Positions 57,693-64,000 of a stretch of DNA of 64,000 nt are shown in pieces. Numbering within the stretch: position 1 is the first letter of the stretch; each line of letters opens with the position of its first letter. The stretch spans positions 6,565 through 70,564 of the forward strand of contig CAYLUN010000017.1 of assembly GCA_964386865.1 (NCBI GenBank). The letters run 5' to 3'. The notes below the pieces were generated by a model. It was not told where the DNA came from and did no database searches. It was given only the letters and a program-made list of their open reading frames with translations. Source of the stretch: an uncultured Lentisphaeraceae bacterium. GTDB lineage: Bacteria > Verrucomicrobiota > Kiritimatiellia > RFP12 > UBA1067. A program made the position numbers and the translations under genes.

Positions 57693-59999
57693 ATGCAAAA
57701 ACAGCTCGTCATTTCCCTCATCACTCTCTCCGCCCTCTCCGCCCGCGCCGAGACCTACATCTTCGACTTCGGAACGCAAGACTCGCCGCTGCGTCCCGGC
57801 GCGGTCCGCGTCACCGAAAAGGGCGGCGACCACGCGGGCTGGTGCTTGCCTTGGGCCAAGTCTTCCGCCAGCCGCATCACGCGCGAATGGGCCGAGGACG
57901 CGCACAGCGGCCGCAAGAACCCACCGCCCGTCTATCTCAACGACCTCACCTGCGACTACGTCTCCGGTTCCGACAGGCTCATCCTTACGCTGACGCACAT
58001 GCCGGCTGGGCCGTACAAGCTCCTGCTTCTCTGCGGCCGCGCGGGCGGCCGCGCAGAGCAAGTCTGGGACATCGCCGTCCGCTCCGTCGACAAGGAAGCG
58101 TCGGCCACCTTCGCCGGCCCGCATGAGCTGCGCGCGCTCTGGCTCGACGCGGTTTCCGAGAACGGCGAGCTGTGCCTTCTGTTCTCCTCCCGCAGCCGTT
58201 GGCTCGTCAACGCTCTCGTCGCCGTGCCCGAGTCGGAGTGGCCCGCCGCGCGGGAGAAGGTGATCGACCCCCTCCTCGCCGAATGCTTCACGCTCCCGCC
58301 CGAGGAGCTGGCCAAGTGGAGGGATGCTCCGCGCCCGTGCCCAGCCCCTGAGCCGCGCTGGAGCGACCGGCAAGAGCGGGATAAGCTGGCGGTCTTCACG
58401 CGGCCGTGGTGCGAGCCGGTCTGGCCCAACGAGTTTCCGCGCCAGCACGAGCTCGACGCCCCGGTGCGCGCCTTCGCCTCGCCCGGCGAGTACGAGCCGC
58501 TCACCTTCGCGCTTCACCCGCTCGCCGACTTTTCGAACGCGTCCGTCCGCGTGCTCGACGCGCTCACCAGCACCGGCGGCACGGCGCGAGCCTCGATTGG
58601 CGCGTCGTGCCTCGATGTCCGCGTTGTGCGCTACATGAACGTCAGGCCGAACTACAGCGCGTTCAACACGTACTACCGCGCGCCGGACGTGCTGACGCCG
58701 TGGCAGCCGCAGCCGCTCAAGAAAGGCGAGAACCTGCGCCTCTGGCTCACCGTCCGCGTGCCCCTCGGCCAGCCCGCCGGGCTCTACCAAGGGTCGGCCC
58801 GCATCAAGGCCGACGGCCGCCTCGACATCGACGTCCCGCTCTCCCTGCGCGTGCTGCCGATCACCCTGCAGAAGGATCAGTCGCTCGTCTACGGGCAGTA
58901 CTACCACCACCCGCACCGCGACCTCGACCGCGCGACGGACGACTTCTCGCGCGCCTGGTGGCAGCGCAAGGCCGAGGCCGAGCACCTCGATATGCGCGAA
59001 CACGGCATGAACGCGGTCGTGCTGGGCTTGGGCGGATACTTCAAAGACGGGCGCTGCGTGTACCAGTTCGACCGGCTGCAGCGCGACCTCGACCTCGCGC
59101 GCGGCGTCGGCTTTGACAAGCCCTTCGTCTGCTCCTTTCCCTTCGCCGAGCTTTACCGCAAGCACATGGGCAACGCCGACATGGGCTCGCACCTGCGCCT
59201 CGTGAAGATGCCGCCGGACGCCTTTTTCGACGAGCTGGCCGAGATGGTGCGGACGATCGAGGCCGAGGCCCGCCGCCGCCAGTGGCCCGAGCTGCTTTAC
59301 TACCCGGTGGACGAGCCTTCGACGAGCCCGGAGTCGGTGGCCTTCATGGCGCGCGTGCTGGCGGCGATCAAGCGCGTGCCCCAGGTGCGAACCTATATCA
59401 CGGCCGACCCCGAGCACGAGCCGTTCGCGCCGCTGCGCACCTACGTCGACGTGTGGTGCTGCCAGCCCTTCTCGCTCGGGCGCGCGGCGGTGCTCGCCGA
59501 CATGAAGGCGCGCAACGTGGAGTACTGGTGCTACCCCAACCACATCTCCGGAGAGAACGACCACACGCCGACCCTCGGCGCGCGCATGACCTACGGCTTC
59601 GGCTTCTGGCAGTCCGGCTACCGCGGCCTCATCCCATGGATCTATCAGGCCAACATCGGCGACCCGTGGAACTACCTAGACGGCTCCGCGCAGGACTTCT
59701 TCAACCGCACGGCGGACGACGGCACGCCGCTTCCCGTGACGCTGTGGGAGGCGGATCGCGAGGGCATCGACGACCACCGCTATCTGCACACGCTGGAGAA
59801 CACCATCGCCCGCGCCGAGGCGGCGGGGCTCAAAGAGCCTGCGGCGCAGGCTCGCGCAGTCATTGAGCGGCTCAGCGCCGCGATCGCCGTGCAGCCCAAA
59901 TACAAGACCGACAACCTGTGGTCGGCCGAGGCCTTCGACGCCTGGCGCTGGGCGCTGGCCGAGCAGATCCTGGCCTTGCAGGCGTCGCTTGAGAGGTAG
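57693..59999 (+). CDS. Secreted glycoside-hydrolase-like protein (DUF4091-like C-terminal region)
   Basis: Signal peptide 'MQKQLVISLITLSALSARA'. C-terminal 'YWCYPNH...GFWQSGYRGLIPWIYQ...WEADREGIDDHRYLHTLE' resembles DUF4091/GH-like families. Confidence 0.6.
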   Translation: MQKQLVISLITLSALSARAETYIFDFGTQDSPLRPGAVRVTEKGGDHAGWCLPWAKSSASRITREWAEDAHSGRKNPPPVYLNDLTCDYVSGSDRLILTLTHMPAGPYKLLLLCGRAGGRAEQVWDIAVRSVDKEASATFAGPHELRALWLDAVSENGELCLLFSSRSRWLVNALVAVPESEWPAAREKVIDPLLAECFTLPPEELAKWRDAPRPCPAPEPRWSDRQERDKLAVFTRPWCEPVWPNEFPRQHELDAPVRAFASPGEYEPLTFALHPLADFSNASVRVLDALTSTGGTARASIGASCLDVRVVRYMNVRPNYSAFNTYYRAPDVLTPWQPQPLKKGENLRLWLTVRVPLGQPAGLYQGSARIKADGRLDIDVPLSLRVLPITLQKDQSLVYGQYYHHPHRDLDRATDDFSRAWWQRKAEAEHLDMREHGMNAVVLGLGGYFKDGRCVYQFDRLQRDLDLARGVGFDKPFVCSFPFAELYRKHMGNADMGSHLRLVKMPPDAFFDELAEMVRTIEAEARRRQWPELLYYPVDEPSTSPESVAFMARVLAAIKRVPQVRTYITADPEHEPFAPLRTYVDVWCCQPFSLGRAAVLADMKARNVEYWCYPNHISGENDHTPTLGARMTYGFGFWQSGYRGLIPWIYQANIGDPWNYLDGSAQDFFNRTADDGTPLPVTLWEADREGIDDHRYLHTLENTIARAEAAGLKEPAAQARAVIERLSAAIAVQPKYKTDNLWSAEAFDAWRWALAEQILALQASLER

Positions 60000-60104
60000 G
60001 GACGGCAGCCCCTTGCCGTCCGCGCCCGCGCGGTAGGGACGGCAGCCCCTTGCCGTCCGCGTCCGCGCGGTAGGGACGGCAGCCCCTTGCCGTCCGCGCC
60101 CGCG
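59997..60104. repeat. Three tandem 37-bp repeats, each containing an 8-bp-stem hairpin (GGACGGCA-gcccct-TGCCGTCC), exactly filling the gap between two convergent stop codons
   Basis: Units start at 59997, 60034 and 60071. Unit 2 has one C>T change and unit 3 is truncated at the stop of 60105..60608. The first unit begins with the TAG stop of the upstream gene. Confidence 0.8.
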
Positions 60105-60608
60105 TCAGATGTTGCGGCTGTCGTAGGCCCAGTGCAGCAGCGCCTGGCGCTGCCGCGGGCGGCAGGACGAGTCCCCGCCGCAGTGCTTCTGCAGTTGCTG
60201 GACGTGGCGCTGGATCGCGAGCCAGCGCCGGATTTGGCGGTCGTCGTCGGGGCAGCGCCGCCCCATGTAATAGCGGCAGTACCACTGGAACCAGCCGCGC
60301 GGATCCTCCTGGTAGATCCACTGCTTCTCCCGCCAGTGGGAGAGCGGCGTCGACGCGTCCACGCCGTAGTAGTTCAGCGACGGCTCGCGCCGCCCGGACG
60401 CCAGCCTGGCCCTGACAAACCACTCCGGAGGAAACTCGGCCCGGCAATCAGTCATGTACTTGCCGCCGAAAACGCCCATTTCGAGCATCTGCTGCGGCCT
60501 CAATTCAGGCTTAAACCGCGGGTCGAAACCCTCTCCCGCCGGCATCGACCGGATGTACCGGTATCCCTGCTGCATCTTGTCGTTGACGACGATCACTACA
60601 GGTTTCAT
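60105..60608 (-). CDS. hypothetical protein (W/Y/R-rich, 167 aa)
   Basis: Clean ORF with coding-like composition. Motifs 'YYGVDASTPLSHW' and 'PRGWFQWYCRYYMGRR' not assignable. Confidence 0.45.
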   Translation of the reverse strand: MKPVVIVVNDKMQQGYRYIRSMPAGEGFDPRFKPELRPQQMLEMGVFGGKYMTDCRAEFPPEWFVRARLASGRREPSLNYYGVDASTPLSHWREKQWIYQEDPRGWFQWYCRYYMGRRCPDDDRQIRRWLAIQRHVQQLQKHCGGDSSCRPRQRQALLHWAYDSRNI

Positions 60609-60668
60609 GGTGCCAGTGTAGCATGTCGAGACCTACGCCACAACGCGCTTCTTCAAATAGCAACGGGG

Positions 60669-61412
60669 TCAGTGCGGGTGGAGGTGGCGCAGGATGTGGG
60701 GCCGCTCGAGGCCGTGCGCCAGCATGAGCGCCTCATCGTCGAGCACCTGCGCAGTCGGCCCGTCGGCCACGATCCGGCCGCCGTCGAGCACCAGCACGCG
60801 CGGGCAGACCTCCACCACGAGCTCCAAGTCGTGCGTGGCGATGAGCCGCGTGTGCTCGAAGGAGCGCAGCAGCCCGATCAGCCGGCGGCGCCCGCGCGGG
60901 TCGAGGTTCGACGACGGCTCGTCCATCACCAGCACGTCGGGCTCCAGCGCGAGCACCGCCGCGATGGCGACCGCCCGCTTCTCGCCCGCCGACAGCTTGT
61001 AGGGCGGGCGGGCGGAGAGGTGTCCCATGCCGACCCGCTCCAGCGCCCGGTGCGCCACGCGCTTGGCCTCCTCCGGCGCCAGACCCGCGTTGAGCGGGCC
61101 AAAGGCCACGTCCTCGAGCACGGTCGGCATGAAGAGCTGGTCGTCCGGGTCTTGGAACACGAGGCCCACGGTGCGGCGCGCGGCAGCGGCGGTCCGCTTC
61201 GTGACCGCCGCCCCGTTGACGCGCACCTCGCCCTGCGTAGGCGTCAGGTAGGCGTTGAGGTGCATGAGCAGCGTGGACTTGCCCGCTCCGTTCGAGCCGA
61301 TCAGGGCGACCGCCTCGCCCCTCCCGACGCGGAAGGAGACGCCGCTCAGCGCCCGCGTCCCGTCGGGATAGGTGAACCCGAGCTCCCGAACGTCGATGAC
61401 CGGCTCGCTCAT
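60669..61412 (-). CDS. cbiO: ECF/cobalt-type ABC transporter ATP-binding protein
   Basis: Walker A 'GSNGAGKSTL', signature 'LSAGEKRAVAIA', Walker B 'VLVMDEPSSNLD', H-loop 'ATHD'. 247 aa. ATG overlaps the cbiQ stop. Confidence 0.85.
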   Translation of the reverse strand: MSEPVIDVRELGFTYPDGTRALSGVSFRVGRGEAVALIGSNGAGKSTLLMHLNAYLTPTQGEVRVNGAAVTKRTAAAARRTVGLVFQDPDDQLFMPTVLEDVAFGPLNAGLAPEEAKRVAHRALERVGMGHLSARPPYKLSAGEKRAVAIAAVLALEPDVLVMDEPSSNLDPRGRRRLIGLLRSFEHTRLIATHDLELVVEVCPRVLVLDGGRIVADGPTAQVLDDEALMLAHGLERPHILRHLHPH

Positions 61413-62215
61413 TGCAGCCCCCTTGTTAGCAGGCCGCCCAGCGCGCCGGCCAAATTCCACGCGCGCGCCGCGGCGAAGAAGAGCCACCAGCCGCACACGA
61501 ACGCGACGTCCGCCGCGCGCAGGCGCGACGCTTCCAAGACCCTGACCTCCCCGTCGAACCCGCGGGCCAGCATGGCCTGGTAGACCCGCTCCGCGCGGGC
61601 CATGGACCGCACCAGCAGGTGCCCCACCAGCGAGCCGTAGACGCGGAGGCGCAGCCCCGTCTGGCCCGCGGCCCGCAGCTCCATGCCGCGCAGCATGCGC
61701 GACCCCTCGTCGGCGACAGTGAACAGGTAGCGGTACAGGAAGAGCAGCTGAACCGCAAACACGCGCGGCAGCCCGAGCCGCTCCAGCCCGGCGCACAGCC
61801 TGTCCATACCCGTGCAGGCCACAAGCACCAGCGCCGCGCTCACGGTCAGCGCGAAGCGCAGCAGGATCGACGCGAACGAAAGCCAGCCGCCGGTGAGCGC
61901 CCACGAGCCAAGCGCCCCCATGGGCCGCGTGTCGAAGAGCGGGTTGAACAGGCCGACCGCCAAGGCGAACGGGGCCGCCACCAGCACCTTGCGCAGCACG
62001 ACCGCCGGAGGAATGCGGCCGAGGCAGGCGAGCGCGAGCGGATACAGGAAGAACGGCGTCAGCGCGGAGACCTCGTAGCGCGGGAACGACATGACGGCTA
62101 TGATGAAGCCCGCCGTCGCCGCGGCCTTGGCCCGCGCGTCGGTGCGGTGCACCGGCGTGTCCAGCCGCCCCAGCTCGTCCAAGCGGCTGATCTCGATCCA
62201 GTTCTCCAGTCCCAT
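61409..62215 (-). CDS. cbiQ: ECF transporter transmembrane (T) component CbiQ
   Basis: 'RLDELGRLDTPVHRTDARAK' (typical 'L..L....SP.HRLDPR.K' start) and five predicted TM helices. Confidence 0.75.
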   Translation of the reverse strand: MGLENWIEISRLDELGRLDTPVHRTDARAKAAATAGFIIAVMSFPRYEVSALTPFFLYPLALACLGRIPPAVVLRKVLVAAPFALAVGLFNPLFDTRPMGALGSWALTGGWLSFASILLRFALTVSAALVLVACTGMDRLCAGLERLGLPRVFAVQLLFLYRYLFTVADEGSRMLRGMELRAAGQTGLRLRVYGSLVGHLLVRSMARAERVYQAMLARGFDGEVRVLEASRLRAADVAFVCGWWLFFAAARAWNLAGALGGLLTRGLQ

Positions 62216-62227
62216 CCGGTTTGTTCC

Positions 62228-63256
62228 TTATGCCCGTTCCGGGTGCGCGGGCCGCCGCCGGCGCAAGGCGAGGCCGATCAGCAACACGACCGCCAAAGTG
62301 ATCAGGCCGCCCGCAAGTCCTGACACCGACGTGCTCGCCTTGACCGCAGGCCACGTCTCCGCGGCGGCGGGCGCCCCTTCCGCTTTGAACCCGTAATCCG
62401 GCAGCACGGCCGTCCGCCCCTGAAGCGCAGCAAGCCGCCGGTGAAGCCCGCTTTCCGCCCCAGCCGCACCCCCCTGGCCCGCAGCCTTCGCGAGAGACCA
62501 CTCCAGTCCGTCGGGCCGGGTGGAGGCGAACCAGCTCAGCCCGCCGCCCACAACAGCCGCAGCCACGGCCAGCCCGGCCAGCACCGAGCGCAGGCTCGCG
62601 GATCGCCCGGCAGGCGCGGCGTCCGGCAGCGCCTCAGGCCGCGCGCGGGCCACAAACGCCACGACCGCCGCAGTCGCCAGGCCCTCCACCGCGCCGATGG
62701 CCAGATGGATCGGCGACATCAGCAGCAAGAACGTGCCGAAGGGCAGCTCGGAGAGGCCCGACGCCCGCGTCTCCAGCACCACGCCGAGCGCGCCGAGCTG
62801 CAGCCCGAGAACCGCGGCCGCAACCGCGGCGGCCCACGCGCGCGGCGACGCGTAGCCGCCCTTCGCAAACGGGCGGTACACGAGCGGATAGGCCACGAAG
62901 GCGGGAAAGAAGCCGAGGTTGAAGATGTTGCACCCGAGCGCCAGCAGCCCGCCGTCCATGAAGAAGAGCGCCTGTACGGACAGCACCGACGCAATCACCA
63001 GGAAGGCGGCGGGCGGGCCCAGCAGCACCGCCAGCAGCAGACCGCCCCCGAGGTGCCCGCTCGAACCCGTGCCTGGGATCGTGAAGTTGATCATCTGCGA
63101 CGCGAAGACGAATGCGCCGAGGACGCCCATCAGCGGAACCAGGTTGTCGCGCAGGCTCGCCTTCACGCGGCGCGCGCAGGCGGCCATCACGCCGCCCGTC
63201 ACCGCCCACAGCGCCCCGCCGACCGCGGGCGAAATCAACGCGTCTGCCATATGCAT
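62228..63256 (-). CDS. cbiM: Cobalt/nickel ECF transporter substrate-capture component CbiM with CbiN-like C-terminal extension
   Basis: 'MHMADALISPAVGG' is the CbiM N-terminal motif. The polytopic protein ends with an extra TM 'LAGGLITLAVVLLIGLALRRRR'. Confidence 0.75.
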   Translation of the reverse strand: MHMADALISPAVGGALWAVTGGVMAACARRVKASLRDNLVPLMGVLGAFVFASQMINFTIPGTGSSGHLGGGLLLAVLLGPPAAFLVIASVLSVQALFFMDGGLLALGCNIFNLGFFPAFVAYPLVYRPFAKGGYASPRAWAAAVAAAVLGLQLGALGVVLETRASGLSELPFGTFLLLMSPIHLAIGAVEGLATAAVVAFVARARPEALPDAAPAGRSASLRSVLAGLAVAAAVVGGGLSWFASTRPDGLEWSLAKAAGQGGAAGAESGLHRRLAALQGRTAVLPDYGFKAEGAPAAAETWPAVKASTSVSGLAGGLITLAVVLLIGLALRRRRPAHPERA

Positions 63257-63436
63257 GGACTCACGCCTCCGACCTCCAACATGCGAATCAAACGGATTTG
63301 TGTTACGAGTTGAAACAATAGTAACATCGCCCCCTTCCGGCGTCAACCCGCGCATGGGCCTCCCCATTTCGCACTCGAAACCCGCGCCCCGATCACGTAT
63401 GATAACTTCTTATCGGACGTTTTTTTTCGACGTTGG

Positions 63437-64000
63437 GAGTACACACATGCGACTGATGACAACCCTGTCGGCGGCTCTCCTGTCCGCCCTCACGCTCGGC
63501 CTGTGCGGCTGCAGCAACGACTCAAAGAGCGCGAACCCTCTGGGGGCGGCAAACACCTCCGAGCCGGCCCCAAGCTATGTGGTGGCCATGGTTAACTCCA
63601 CGCCCCTCACCTGGGCCGACATGGACAAGCGCGCCATGGGCTACCTCAAGTACGCCATGGAGACCGAGCGCCTCATGTTCGCCTCGAACCGGCTGGACGA
63701 GGCCAAGACTCACTATCGCCAGAACGCCATCAAGGCTTTCGTCTACAAGACCCTCATGCTGGACGAGGCCTCTAAGCAGAACATCAAGCTCACCGACTTC
63801 GACCGCCAAGGGGGGATGAAGGCGCTGACCGCTTCGCTCAAGGCCAGAAAGTGGACCACCGACGATTTCTTCAAGAAGGGCCCCATGGACGAGGCCTCCA
63901 TGCGCAGCGAGTTCGAGGATGGCATGGTCATCGACAAGCTGCTCAAGATCAACGTGCGCAGCAAGCTCAAAGTGGACGAGAAAGAGGTCGACAAGGCCGT
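63437..64000 (+). CDS. hypothetical lipoprotein (SurA-N/chaperone-like), 3'-truncated by window end
   Basis: RBS GGGAG then 'MRLMTTLSAALLSALTLGLCGCSND' (lipobox). ORF runs past the end of the window and was not in the ORF track. Confidence 0.45.

Noticed and set aside
63257-63436. Cobalamin riboswitch upstream of cbiM
   Set aside because: By eye I could not find a convincing B12 box or the characteristic multi-stem architecture. It is kept only as a low-interest finding, not a feature.

Overview
This is a high-GC (about two-thirds G+C) bacterial chromosomal segment. Many long antisense ORFs in the track are GC-driven artefacts and were ignored. Real genes were picked by motif content, signal peptides and operon logic.

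Housekeeping and metabolic genes:
- A B12-binding radical SAM gene, an MBL-fold hydrolase and an M42 peptidase lie at 1.2-4.9 kb.
- A metY-cysK sulfur-assimilation operon, a ybeY-like gene and a tandem NDK-like gene lie at 6-10.5 kb.
- tRNA-Leu(UAG) is at 10578-10662.
- feoB-feoA, xerC-topA-dprA and a cbiMNQO-type ECF cobalt transporter lie at 40-63 kb.
- Secreted carbohydrate-active enzymes (GH78 rhamnosidase, a BNR-repeat protein, a DUF2341/LamG protein and two large GH-like proteins) lie at 33-60 kb.

The most interesting part is a 22-kb, entirely minus-strand gene array from about 33.3 kb down to 10.8 kb, next to tRNA-Leu. It encodes what looks like a bacterial ESCRT-like membrane-remodelling module. 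It contains a eukaryote/archaea-type ESCRT-III (Snf7/CHMP-like) protein next to a Vps4-like AAA ATPase that carries an N-terminal MIT-like domain and a Vps4_C-like tail. It also contains a second, more divergent ESCRT-III/PspA-like coiled-coil protein fused to a zinc ribbon. A flotillin-like SPFH protein with N-terminal double zinc ribbons is present, as is an FHA-domain zinc-ribbon protein. Two paralogous Ser/Thr kinase-FGE/SUMF1-domain fusion proteins, a stand-alone FGE-domain protein and two paralogous DUF4143 AAA+ ATPases complete the set. Several exported or lipoproteins lie at its tRNA-proximal end.

Two near-identical roughly 60-100-bp sigma70-like promoter copies (TTGACA-N18-TAAAAT) sit in front of the two zinc-ribbon genes that bound the core of this module. 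A heptanucleotide tandem repeat family (GRRGTCR units) is scattered through the module and elsewhere, both in-frame inside coding sequence and in 5' leaders.

No transposase, integrase (other than chromosomal xerC) or CRISPR array was seen.
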